64,000 bases of DNA, from contig CAZTJD010000004.1 in the NCBI GenBank assembly GCA_964613985.1, forward strand, positions 16,666 to 80,665. Reading direction: 5' to 3'. Position numbers and translations under genes: made by a program. The first letter of the stretch is position 1; each line of letters opens with the position of its first letter. The DNA is from an uncultured Anaerolineales bacterium (GTDB taxonomy: Bacteria; Chloroflexota; Anaerolineae; Anaerolineales; UBA11858). Below the pieces are notes generated by a model. That model saw only the letters and a list, made by a program, of their open reading frames with translations, had not been told where the DNA came from and searched no databases. Of the stretch, positions 1 to 8,642 are shown piece after piece.

Positions 1-36
1 GGAACAAATATTACACCTTCAATAAACCAAACTACG

Positions 37-897
37 TTATAAATATTTCTTTACCAACAGGTCCAGCTTCTCCCTGGTCTCTGGGGGAATCACCTCTGGA
101 TCTGTGATCAAGGCGGTTGATAGGGCTTCGCTGCAATCACAAAGCCGTTCAGGAACGAAATTGCTCGCCAGATTACGGATCGCTTGCTGCGCAGTTTCCG
201 TATTTTGATGCAATACAGCAATCACCATTTCCACAGTTACCGGTTTTTCATCGATGTGCCAGACGTCATAATCAGTCACATGAGCCATCACTGCATAACA
301 CATTTCCGCTTCTATAGCCAGGAATGCTTCAGGTGAAGTCGTCATGCCGATAACAGACATACCCCAAGAACGGAAGATATTCGATTCTGTCTTTGTTGAA
401 AAACGTGGACCTTCAATGGTTATAAATTCGCCCCCTTTATGCACAATGGCACCTGTGGAGACGACCGCCTGATAAAGTTGTTCAGATAACGCTGGACAGA
501 AGGGGCTTGCTACACCAGCGTGGGCTACAAACCCTCCCTCAAAAAAGGTAGGTTTCCGCTTCCCCTTCGTAAAGTCAAATAACCCGTCCGGAATGACGAT
601 ATCACCCGGCGAATAATCTTCCCGAAGCGATCCACAAGCACTAATGCTGACCACGTGGGCTACATTCAAAGACTTTAATGCATAAATGTTTGCCCGGTAA
701 TTAACTTCACTTGGCGATAAAGCATGCCCTATCCCATGTCGGGCTAAAAACGCAATTTTCTTCCCTTCTAGGTCTCCTACCGTAATAGGGGCACTAGGTT
801 TCCCAAAAGGAGTATCTATATTTATTTCCTGTATATTTTCCAGACCGGGCATGGAATACAAACCCGACCCACCGATGACTGCAAAAGTTGGTTTCAT
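37..897 (-). CDS. mtnP: S-methyl-5'-thioadenosine phosphorylase (PNP/MTAP family)
   Basis: 286-aa ORF. It has an MKPTFAVIGGSGLY N-terminus and the ARHGIGH and GMTTSPEA motifs typical of MTAP and purine nucleoside phosphorylase. Confidence 0.85.
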   Translation of the reverse strand: MKPTFAVIGGSGLYSMPGLENIQEINIDTPFGKPSAPITVGDLEGKKIAFLARHGIGHALSPSEVNYRANIYALKSLNVAHVVSISACGSLREDYSPGDIVIPDGLFDFTKGKRKPTFFEGGFVAHAGVASPFCPALSEQLYQAVVSTGAIVHKGGEFITIEGPRFSTKTESNIFRSWGMSVIGMTTSPEAFLAIEAEMCYAVMAHVTDYDVWHIDEKPVTVEMVIAVLHQNTETAQQAIRNLASNFVPERLCDCSEALSTALITDPEVIPPETREKLDLLVKKYL

Positions 898-969
898 AAA
901 TTACTCTCCAAGGTCAATCAAAATAAAGATAATTATCCTCTGGATCGGATCCTGATCTAGGTATAAGTC

Positions 970-1419
970 TTATTTTCCCAACGCTTCAGTGAACCCATTA
1001 TCGAGCTTGATAGTCATTGAAACATCCCCACAACGTAATTCATCACCATCAACAACCACAGCTGACTCGGAAATGGATTCCTCATTTAAGTAACTTCCGT
1101 TGGTCGAATTCAAGTCCTCAATCCACCATTGATTTTGATGGAATGAAAGCCTAGCATGGTGAACACTCACTTTTTCTGAGGCGAGGGCGCATTCACAGTC
1201 AGGATCACGCCCAATGATAACCACTGGTTTTTTATATTGATAGATCTGAACGGCGTCTTGATTTTTAACACGCAGTTCAACAGAAGGTACTTGACGTGCA
1301 GCAATAACTTCCCTTTGAACCTGGAGATTCTGCCATAAGCTCAGCATCACCCAACCTAAAAAAACATAAAGGCAAATTGCCATCAACAGCCGTAATATCA
1401 AGAGGATTCCACCAATCAT
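970..1419 (-). CDS. Membrane-anchored FHA-domain protein (FhaB/FipA-like)
   Basis: N-terminal hydrophobic helix followed by a C-terminal FHA signature (VVIIGRDPDCE...SVHHARL...IEDLNSTNGSYLN). It lies directly downstream of the FhaA-like gene. Confidence 0.75.
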   Translation of the reverse strand: MIGGILLILRLLMAICLYVFLGWVMLSLWQNLQVQREVIAARQVPSVELRVKNQDAVQIYQYKKPVVIIGRDPDCECALASEKVSVHHARLSFHQNQWWIEDLNSTNGSYLNEESISESAVVVDGDELRCGDVSMTIKLDNGFTEALGK

Positions 1420-1430
1420 ATAACAGCCAA

Positions 1431-2237
1431 TTACTCGATATCTTCAGTGAGTTTTGCGTTGTTATCAGGAGAAAGAGGTGAAATTTGGGTTTCTTGGGTT
1501 TGTCCCGATCCAACATCGTCCTGACTGTATACCAAGGGAACACCGGCAAGAGAGATAACATCCCTGGGATGTAACATTCGCTGGGTCACCCGTTGACCAT
1601 TCACTCTTGTTCCATCTGTAGAACCAAGGTCAGAGATCACATATTTTCCACGAATGGCTCGCAGTTGAGCATGCACCCGGGATACTCGCCGATCATCAAT
1701 TACAAGATCGTTATCAGCCCGACGACCAATATTGATCACCGTCTGATCCAATGGAAAGATCTTCGCTCCATTGACGATTAAGAAAGCATTCGAGGGAATA
1801 TTCGCCGAGTTTTCACCTGATGATGTGTTTAATTCTACTGTTTCTCCCAGGTCATTATCGCTGATATGCGCAATAACCTGTACTGCTTTATGGTCTAAAT
1901 CAGAGTTCGGGGCTAGAATGACTTCCGGAGATCTAGTAAAAATCAAACCAGCATTGTCTCCAATAACCTGGATTATACCTTTTAAGTCATTTAGAAATTT
2001 ATCGGAAGCGCCAAGTCGAAAAGCCAGGTCAGGGTGGACCATTAATGTATATGTATCTGGTGCAATCGTAGAGCCATCAGGCAGAACATTGGTTCCAGCT
2101 TTCATGGCTGCAACCAGTCGTTGAATAAGCTCATCCTGGAACGCGTGGGTAGGAAGCAAACGGGCAAAACGTCCTTCAAGAAGGATTTGTAAACGAGATT
2201 CTAGCTGGTCTAGTTTTGCAGATAACCCATTCATCAA
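1431..2237 (-). CDS. FhaA-like protein (DUF3662 N-terminal domain plus C-terminal FHA domain)
   Basis: N-terminus LDQLESRLQILLEGRFARLL resembles DUF3662. The C-terminus INIGRRADNDLVIDDRRVSRVHAQL...ISDLGSTDGTRVNG is an FHA domain. Confidence 0.75.
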   Translation of the reverse strand: MMNGLSAKLDQLESRLQILLEGRFARLLPTHAFQDELIQRLVAAMKAGTNVLPDGSTIAPDTYTLMVHPDLAFRLGASDKFLNDLKGIIQVIGDNAGLIFTRSPEVILAPNSDLDHKAVQVIAHISDNDLGETVELNTSSGENSANIPSNAFLIVNGAKIFPLDQTVINIGRRADNDLVIDDRRVSRVHAQLRAIRGKYVISDLGSTDGTRVNGQRVTQRMLHPRDVISLAGVPLVYSQDDVGSGQTQETQISPLSPDNNAKLTEDIE

Positions 2238-2350
2238 TAAACGTAGTTATAGATAGACACTATAAATTCTGACAACCATCAGAAGACACAACAGAAAAGA
2301 AACAATGTCCCCAATTATAGAAGAGAGGCTGATTATCGACAACCCTATAT

Positions 2351-3145
2351 TTAATCAGTAGAAATAGCTTCTCTCAACTTCTTTTCCAAGGTCCCAAATT
2401 TTTTACTATATCGAATCTCTTCACAACGGGGACGGTCAAGATCCACAGTCATATCCAGGCAGATCTTCCCTGGACGAGAAGTAAGTACAAGAATCCGGTC
2501 AGCCAGCAATATTGCTTCTGAAATCGAATGGGTTACCATGATCACTGTTTTACAGCTTACCTGCCAAATTCTTAGTAATTCTAAAGCCATCCGTTCACGC
2601 GTCAAGGCATCCAAGGCACCAAAAGGTTCATCCAATAGAAGGACATCCGGGTTATAAACCAGCGCTCGGGCGATTGCTACTCTTTGCGCCATACCTCCCG
2701 AAAGGTCTGGTGGCATCCAGTATTCAAAACCTTCTAGCCCAACCAACCGTATCATATCAAAAGCCTGCTTAATTGACTCTTCAGCTGGAACCTTGTGTAT
2801 TTCCAAAGGCAAGGTGATATTTTCGATGACTGTACGCCAGGGCATCAGGTTCGCATCTTGGAAGACCAACCCAATTCTGCGTGATGGAGCAAGAACAGGT
2901 GAACCAGCAAAGAGGACTTCCCCTCGTGTTGGAGTCAACAACCCCCCTAAGATCCTTAACAGCGTGCTTTTTCCACTCCCAGAAGGACCTAAAACACAGA
3001 CAAACTGTTGGGTTGGAATTGAAAAGGTCAGGTTATCCAAAGCATGTAAGCCGCCATCCTGATTTCGGAAAATGGCACTTAACCCCTGGACGGCTAATAT
3101 TGATTTATTCGACGAATTCATTTGTGTAAGCAGCGCTAAGGTCAA
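2351..3145 (-). CDS. ABC transporter ATP-binding protein (NitT/TauT-type)
   Basis: Walker A GPSGSGKST, signature [15 protein letters not shown] and Walker B LLLDEPFGALD. It is the last gene of the riboswitch-led operon. An alternative start at 3121 (MNSSNK) is possible. Confidence 0.85.
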   Translation of the reverse strand: MTLALLTQMNSSNKSILAVQGLSAIFRNQDGGLHALDNLTFSIPTQQFVCVLGPSGSGKSTLLRILGGLLTPTRGEVLFAGSPVLAPSRRIGLVFQDANLMPWRTVIENITLPLEIHKVPAEESIKQAFDMIRLVGLEGFEYWMPPDLSGGMAQRVAIARALVYNPDVLLLDEPFGALDALTRERMALELLRIWQVSCKTVIMVTHSISEAILLADRILVLTSRPGKICLDMTVDLDRPRCEEIRYSKKFGTLEKKLREAISTD

Positions 3146-4091
3146 GTTCTTCTGAGAGAAAACCCATCTTGATCAACAATGCCTGCATGTTCTTCCAACC
3201 TTCAGGATCGGTATACCCATATGGATCAGTCTTGTAGAGGGCTGCGTACCGGTCGACTTCAGCCACACGTAAATGTTCTTCCAAAACCGGGAGTCCTTCA
3301 ACATAATCTTCACAGTCTTCGTAGGCATCTTCGGGATGATCGACGGTGTACTTGATCCCTCGCATGGTCGCCTGAACCATTCGCCTGACCAGATCTGGAT
3401 TCTCCCGGATCGTTTCTTCGTTAGTAATCAAGCCGTTCGAAACCAGATGAGCGTACTCTGCAACCTGAATAACATCCACTTCGTAACCCTGTTCGCGGAG
3501 TACATAGGGTTCATTGTTGACATAAACTACTGCAGCTTCGACCTGGTCTGTTGCCAAGGCTTCTACCTGGTTGAAACCAATTGAATCTAGTATGACATCA
3601 CTTTCTTCGAGACCAGCAACTTCAAGTAATGCTCGTAAACCGATATAACTGGCACCAAACAACCCAGGAATACCAATGTGAGCACCTGCCAGGTCTTCAG
3701 GCGTACGAATTCCTTGTTTAGCTTTTGAGACCACAGCTACTGGAAAATCCTTATACCAGCCCATCACATAGACCACGGGCAACCCCTCGGCTCGCGCTAG
3801 TAAGACCTGTTCTCCGGAAGCGAGAGAGAATTTTAGCTCGTTACTGGCGACCAGAGCAACACCATCGGTTTCAAAACTGTAATCAAATTCGAGTTCAAGC
3901 CCCACTTCTTCAAAGAAACCACTATTATCCGCAGCATAAAAAGGTGCATATTGCACACTAGGAATATACCCCATCGGCAGTCGAATATGAGTTAATTCAC
4001 TACTTTCCTTCCCAACAAGTTGACTTCCACCGCAAGCTGATAAAAACAAACTGAACATTAAGACGAAAATTACCTGCTTTGATATTCGCAT
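3105..4091 (-). CDS. ABC transporter substrate-binding lipoprotein, NMT1/THI5 (ThiY-like) family
   Basis: Lipobox FLSACGG. MGYIPSVQYAPFYAA and the overall pattern match NMT1/THI5-like binding proteins. Confidence 0.8.
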   Translation of the reverse strand: MRISKQVIFVLMFSLFLSACGGSQLVGKESSELTHIRLPMGYIPSVQYAPFYAADNSGFFEEVGLELEFDYSFETDGVALVASNELKFSLASGEQVLLARAEGLPVVYVMGWYKDFPVAVVSKAKQGIRTPEDLAGAHIGIPGLFGASYIGLRALLEVAGLEESDVILDSIGFNQVEALATDQVEAAVVYVNNEPYVLREQGYEVDVIQVAEYAHLVSNGLITNEETIRENPDLVRRMVQATMRGIKYTVDHPEDAYEDCEDYVEGLPVLEEHLRVAEVDRYAALYKTDPYGYTDPEGWKNMQALLIKMGFLSEELDLSAAYTNEFVE

Positions 4092-4109
4092 TGAAAACCT
4101 CCAAAAATA

Positions 4110-4880
4110 TTACCCAGCACCAACTCGCCGCTGCCAAGCTAATAATCTTCTCTCTAGTAAACTCACAATGGCATAGATCGATAAAGCCATAGCTACTAGG
4201 GTGAAAATTGCCACAAACACGAGGGCGGTATCATAAACACCGCGACCGACGTTAATAAGGAAACCCAAACCACGGTCCGCACCTACGAATTCACCGACAA
4301 CAGCTCCAATAACTGCCAGAGTGGCACCAATCCTTAAACCACCAAGAAAAACTGGCATAGCGGCTGGGATTTCTAGATAACGCAAGATTTGCCAGCGGTT
4401 AGCTTGAAAAGAACGCATTAAATCGTAGAAATCCGTGGAGACTGTCCGCACACCGACAATAACGTTGACCAAAATTGGAAAAAAGACAATAAGAGCAGTA
4501 ATCAAAATCTTTGACAAGACCCCCGGTCCAAGCCAGATGATCAGCAAAGGGGCAATTGCCACGATAGGTACAGATTGACTGGCAACAATATAAGGTGCCA
4601 GGATACGTTCCAACCAATCCAATTTTGCCAGCCAATACCCCAGGATTACAGCAGTCCCGAGTCCAATGGTTAAACCGGAGAATACTTCTTCCAAGGTTAC
4701 CAGTGTGTGTTTTACCAAACTGCCATTCTGGACGACCCGAAAAAAGCGTTCAGCAACATCAAGTGGGGTTGGTAAAATAAAGGCTGGAAAATCGCCCAGA
4801 ACCACTACCAACTGCCATAACAGAAGCGCTCCGATAAGAGAAGCCGGGATTAACAATCTGCTTCTACTTTTTTTGATCAA
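4110..4880 (-). CDS. ABC transporter permease (BPD_transp_1 type)
   Basis: 256-aa polytopic membrane ORF with the pattern typical of NitT/TauT-family permeases. TTG start preceded by gaaagg. Confidence 0.8.
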   Translation of the reverse strand: MIKKSRSRLLIPASLIGALLLWQLVVVLGDFPAFILPTPLDVAERFFRVVQNGSLVKHTLVTLEEVFSGLTIGLGTAVILGYWLAKLDWLERILAPYIVASQSVPIVAIAPLLIIWLGPGVLSKILITALIVFFPILVNVIVGVRTVSTDFYDLMRSFQANRWQILRYLEIPAAMPVFLGGLRIGATLAVIGAVVGEFVGADRGLGFLINVGRGVYDTALVFVAIFTLVAMALSIYAIVSLLERRLLAWQRRVGAG

Positions 4881-5110
4881 CCTTTCACCTGGTACTTTCT
4901 ATTTACTCTAATATTGTTAATATGACCCAATTATCAATTCATGATAACCCTTATTGGGTTTCCGATATCAATAACCTGGAAACTTTATAAGAGAAACCTT
5001 CATAATTTCCCAACAGGACTTCACTATCTTATCAGATTATGCTTTATCCTTTTGAAAAAACCAAATGAAAATCATCGGATTAAGATATATATCAGATTCG
5101 GGGATTGATT

Positions 5111-5135
5111 AAAAAACCCCGAAACATTCTCGGGG
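5111..5135 (-). terminator. Rho-independent terminator-like hairpin in the riboswitch expression platform
   Basis: Minus strand reads CCCCGAGAATGTTTCGGGG followed by TTTTTT. It lies about 80 nt downstream of the FMN aptamer. Confidence 0.6.
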
Positions 5136-5211
5136 TAATAAGGTGTTATCCTGATAAAATCCCCATTTCATAATTTGCCGATTAAGATCCGACAGCAAAA
5201 AAAGGGGATTG

Positions 5212-5347
5212 GATTACCTTCTTCCATCCGGACTTTACCGTCGGCTCCGGATTCAAACCGGATCTGTATTTGTTGTACTCGCGGGCTCGATCGCTTGACT
5301 GCAACCTCACCGCCGGTCAGGAATTTCACCCTGCCCCGAAGGTTACC
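5212..5347 (-). promoter_or_regulatory. FMN riboswitch (RFN element) aptamer
   Basis: Minus strand reads CTTCGGGGCAGGGTGAAATTCCTGACCGGCGGT...GAGCCCGCGAG...GATCCGGTTTGAATCCGGAGCCGACGGTAAAGTCCGGATGGAAGAAGG. This matches the conserved RFN core nearly base for base. Confidence 0.9.
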
Positions 5348-5370
5348 AAAATAATTATTAATCTGATGGT

Positions 5371-5399
5371 ATTATACAGCCACCAAAACCTGGGGTCAA
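5371..5399 (-). promoter_or_regulatory. Sigma-70-type promoter for the riboswitch-ABC operon
   Basis: Minus strand reads TTGACC, a 17-nt spacer, then TATAAT, about 25 nt upstream of the aptamer P1. Confidence 0.55.
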
Positions 5400-5443
5400 C
5401 ACTTAGGGAAAATATAAAACATATAAATTTATCTTTGTGGTGG

Positions 5444-5473
5444 TTGACGATTTTTGGCGGTGTATGGTATCAT
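5444..5473 (+). promoter_or_regulatory. Candidate promoter for infC-rpmI-rplT
   Basis: TTGACG, an 18-nt spacer, then TATCAT preceded by TGG (extended -10-like). It is divergent from the riboswitch promoter. Confidence 0.4.
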
Positions 5474-5527
5474 CCGGGCGTTAAATGCAAGACGATTGTT
5501 TTTTCATAATAAAAAGAGGAGAAAAAC

Positions 5528-6046
5528 ATAAGCGCACTAGATTTTCGCAGTAATAACCAAATCAATGCCCCAAAAGTCCGTTTGATTGGGGCTGATGGTA
5601 TTAACCATGGCATTGTAGCGATACAGGATGCCCTTCAGATTGCCAGCGAAGCAGGACTTGACTTGGTCGAAGTAGCCCCAAATGCCAGTCCACCCGTCTG
5701 CCGGGTAATGGACGTAGGGAAATATATCTACGAACGGAAGAAGAAAGAACGCGAAGCGCGCAAAGCACAATCAAAGATTGAAATCAAAGAAATCCGCCTT
5801 CGACCAAAAACCAGTGAACACCATCGTGGCTTCAAAGTTCGAGATGCCCGTCGCTGGTTAAAAGAAGGAAAAAAAGTTAAAGTTCGAATACGGTTTCGTG
5901 GTCGTGAGATCCACTACCCAGAAATCGCACTAGAAGATCTGAAAGAAATCGCCGAAGAACTGGATGATGTGGCTGTTATCGAACATGCTCCTTCCAGGGA
6001 AGGGCGCACCATGCTTATGGTTTTAGCGCCTGCGAAATCAAAATAA
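5528..6046 (+). CDS. infC: Translation initiation factor IF-3
   Basis: IF-3 sequence (INAPKVRLIGADG...VEVAPNASPPVCRVMD...). The frame is open from 5513. The SD aaagaggag (5513-5521) is followed by ATA at 5528, and no ATG/GTG/TTG lies upstream of the conserved N-terminus. Confidence 0.85.
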   Translation: MSALDFRSNNQINAPKVRLIGADGINHGIVAIQDALQIASEAGLDLVEVAPNASPPVCRVMDVGKYIYERKKKEREARKAQSKIEIKEIRLRPKTSEHHRGFKVRDARRWLKEGKKVKVRIRFRGREIHYPEIALEDLKEIAEELDDVAVIEHAPSREGRTMLMVLAPAKSK

Positions 6047-6192
6047 TAACTCTGGGTGCACCAAAGTACTTGCTGGGTTTCCAGAGCAGATTATCGCCAT
6101 AATCTAATATGCGTGTATCCCCGCGGAATAACAGGGGCGACGGTTTATGTCGCCCCTGATTACGCGGTAAATAAACTGAGAGGAGTTACGTC

Positions 6193-6462
6193 GTGCCTCG
6201 AAAATCGACAAAAAAAGGAAAGTATAAATTAAAAACCCATAAGGCGACCTCGAAGAGATTCCGCCTCACTGGGACTGGGAAGCTGGTTCGCACCAAGGGT
6301 GGAAAAAGCCACCTGCGGCGCCGTACCTCTAAGCGGACGAAAGCCATGTTTACCACAATGATCCCCGTAAAAGGGAAAAGTATCCAGAAGCGGATTCGTC
6401 GCTTGGCTCCCTATATGTCCAAATATAAGGCTAATCCGAACGCACGGAGTGGCCAATCCTAA
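6193..6462 (+). CDS. rpmI: 50S ribosomal protein L35
   Basis: KLKTHKATSKRFRLTGTGKL...KSHLRRR core. GTG start after the SD gagagg. It carries short N- and C-terminal extensions relative to the typical length of about 65 aa. Confidence 0.85.
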   Translation: MPRKSTKKGKYKLKTHKATSKRFRLTGTGKLVRTKGGKSHLRRRTSKRTKAMFTTMIPVKGKSIQKRIRRLAPYMSKYKANPNARSGQS

Positions 6463-6542
6463 AAACCTTGTTGCGGCCGTTGAGTGTATAAAACAGGTGA
6501 CCTCGAGTTACCGGCGCTCAGGGGTTCGCAGGAGAGAGTTAC

Positions 6543-6890
6543 ATGGCTCGTGTAAAAACTGGTTTTACCCGCCGTAAAAGGCATAAGAAAGTACTCAAGC
6601 TCACCAAAGGACAATTCGGCGCTCGCAGTCGTACTTACCGTCGCGCCAATGAAGCGATGATGAAAAGCCTTTGGTACGCTTATCGCGATCGCCGCACCCG
6701 CAAGCGCGACCTACGACGATTATGGATCGCAAGAATCAACGCGGCAGCACGGCTGAATGGAACCACCTACAGCCGTTTCATCCACGGCATGAAGAAAACA
6801 GGGATCAACATTAACCGAAAGATGCTTGCCGATCTCGCGGTGCACGATCCAAAAGCCTTCAGTGCTGTAGTCGAAAAAACCACCAGCTGA
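6543..6890 (+). CDS. rplT: 50S ribosomal protein L20
   Basis: [23 protein letters not shown]...[22 protein letters not shown] is canonical L20. Confidence 0.95.
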   Translation: MARVKTGFTRRKRHKKVLKLTKGQFGARSRTYRRANEAMMKSLWYAYRDRRTRKRDLRRLWIARINAAARLNGTTYSRFIHGMKKTGININRKMLADLAVHDPKAFSAVVEKTTS

Positions 6891-6914
6891 TAATCTTTCT
6901 CATCCCATTTATAA

Positions 6915-6960
6915 AGGACAGGACTGGCTCCAACCCGGAGGATCACCTGTCCTATATTAC
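6915..6960 (+). terminator. Hairpin downstream of rplT (weak terminator candidate)
   Basis: AGGACAGG...CCTGTCCT outer stem with an inner CTCC/GGAG stem. The trailing sequence is only AT-rich, not a clean U-tract. Confidence 0.35.
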
Positions 6961-7170
6961 TTTAAGCATGGAATAAGCCACTTCTCGGTGAAAAGCCCCT
7001 TTGTCAACTGTCCCTGATTTAAGAAACTCCACTTGAAATTCAAGAAGAATCAGATCACATTAAGCAGCAATTACCCTTGATGAAATCGCGTCTGGCACAA
7101 CACCACGAATATCGAGGAAAAGCCAGTACCCTACCCTATCGGACAATCGTGGAAGGACCTCCTACTCTCA

Positions 7171-7199
7171 TTGACTCGCACTTCTCGCCATGCTAAAAT
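7171..7199 (+). promoter_or_regulatory. Sigma-70-type promoter placed for a leaderless transcript
   Basis: TTGACT, a 17-nt spacer, then TAAAAT. The -10 element ends 6 nt before the ATG at 7206. Confidence 0.5.
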
Positions 7200-7205
7200 C
7201 AGCTC

Positions 7206-7766
7206 ATGAACGTGATCCTCAGAGAGATCATCTACCCGAAGAGTAAGACATTTCAAATCGTCCAGGGGGATATCACCATGGAACAAGTAGATGCTATCGT
7301 GAACGCAGCTAATGAACACCTGGCGCACGGCGGAGGTGTTGCCGGAATCATTTCCAGGAAAGGTGGGCCTACAATTCAACAGGAATCCTACCGTTGGGTT
7401 CGCGAGCATGGTCCTGTCAGCCATGAGAGCCCAGCATACACCTCTGCCGAGAAGCTCCCTTGCCGATATATCATCCATGCTGTAGGTCCCATCTGGGGTA
7501 GCGGGAATGAAGATGCAAAACTGACTGCGGCTATTCAGGGATCTCTTCAGATTGCGGAGTCCCTGGGCTTACAGTCAATCTCCATGCCCGCCATTTCCAC
7601 TGGTATTTTTGGGTTCCCAAAAGAACAAGCCGCCCGGATCATTTATAAAACCATCGAAGAATACTATAAAGAAGAACAGCCCTCCTCTCTTGAACTCATC
7701 AGACTGATCCTGTATGACCAGTTAACCTTAACAACTTTCCTGACCGTGTGGGACAACAGACCCTGA
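7206..7766 (+). CDS. Macro-domain protein (ADP-ribose binding / O-acetyl-ADP-ribose deacetylase-like)
   Basis: VDAIVNAANEHLAHGGGVAGII...IIHAVGPIW...ISTGIFGFP macro-domain motifs. Confidence 0.85.
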   Translation: MNVILREIIYPKSKTFQIVQGDITMEQVDAIVNAANEHLAHGGGVAGIISRKGGPTIQQESYRWVREHGPVSHESPAYTSAEKLPCRYIIHAVGPIWGSGNEDAKLTAAIQGSLQIAESLGLQSISMPAISTGIFGFPKEQAARIIYKTIEEYYKEEQPSSLELIRLILYDQLTLTTFLTVWDNRP

Positions 7767-7847
7767 CCTTTGTCCCTTGTTATCTATCACGAAATACTAC
7801 ATACCGATCTGGTTATTTACGGATCTGCTTCCACACGCTCCCCTAAC

Positions 7848-8642
7848 ATGCTCACATCAACAAAGAATCCTCGCGTCATCCATATCCGTAAGTTGCAAAG
7901 CAGCGCTCGCCTTCGGAGGCAGGAGGGATTATATGTTGTCGAAGGAGTCAGATTAGTCGAAGAGGCATTTAATAATGGGTTTCACCCCAGAACACTCTTT
8001 TACACTGAAGACCTATCCGAACGGGGAATGAAGATTGTCCAAGCATATTCTGTCCGGAGTGTCGAAGTGATCCCCGTCGCCAGCCATGTGATGCAAGCAG
8101 CTAGTGATGCGCAGAGTCCACAGGGGATCCTGGCTCTTTTACCCATCCCTACGCTCTCGATCCCCAAGCAAATGAATTTTGCCTTGATTCTGGACAGACT
8201 AAGAGATCCAGGCAATATGGGCACTATTCTCCGCTCTGCCTTAGCTGCTGGGGTTAATGCCATCTTCCTGCCTCCAGGAACGGTTGATCCCTTCTCCCCT
8301 AAAGTTGTGCGTGCTGCCATGGGCGCCCATTTCAAGCTTCCACTGCTACCTTTGGTGTGGGAAGAGATTATTGAGTCGGTGAAATCAAAGCACCTGTCTT
8401 GTTTCCTGGCGGATTCCGCCACAGGTCGACCTTACGATAAAGCTGATTATACAACTCCTGTGATATTTATTATTGGTGGTGAAGCAACCGGTGTAGGTCC
8501 GAAGGCTCTTGAATTATCCCCACAACGAGTGCATATCCCAATGGTTGGACCAGTAGAATCCCTCAATGCAGCCATTGCTACTGCCATATTGATCTTTGAG
8601 GTAGCTCGTCAAAGGAGGAGATCAGTTACCACCACTTCCTGA
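7848..8642 (+). CDS. TrmH/SpoU-family RNA 2'-O-methyltransferase
   Basis: The SpoU_sub_bind-like N-terminus and the C-terminal motifs (DRLRDPGNMGTILRSA, IIGGEATG, ESLNAAIATAILIFE) match the family. I chose ATG 7848 over the track's TTG 7770. Confidence 0.8.
   Translation: MLTSTKNPRVIHIRKLQSSARLRRQEGLYVVEGVRLVEEAFNNGFHPRTLFYTEDLSERGMKIVQAYSVRSVEVIPVASHVMQAASDAQSPQGILALLPIPTLSIPKQMNFALILDRLRDPGNMGTILRSALAAGVNAIFLPPGTVDPFSPKVVRAAMGAHFKLPLLPLVWEEIIESVKSKHLSCFLADSATGRPYDKADYTTPVIFIIGGEATGVGPKALELSPQRVHIPMVGPVESLNAAIATAILIFEVARQRRRSVTTTS

Noticed and set aside
4881-5350. Expectation of a TPP riboswitch upstream of the ThiY/NMT1-type ABC transporter
   Set aside because: No CUGAGA...ACCUGAUCUGGAUAAUGCCAGCG-type core is present. 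The structured element is clearly an FMN (RFN) aptamer.
7131-7478. 115-aa antisense ORF across the macro-domain gene start, and similar antisense or shadow ORFs elsewhere (for example 117-317, 1277-1561, 1771-2124, 8000-8422, 17694-18149, 27816-28121, 45961-46281)
   Set aside because: Each is fully embedded opposite or out of frame with a confidently assigned gene and lacks independent support.
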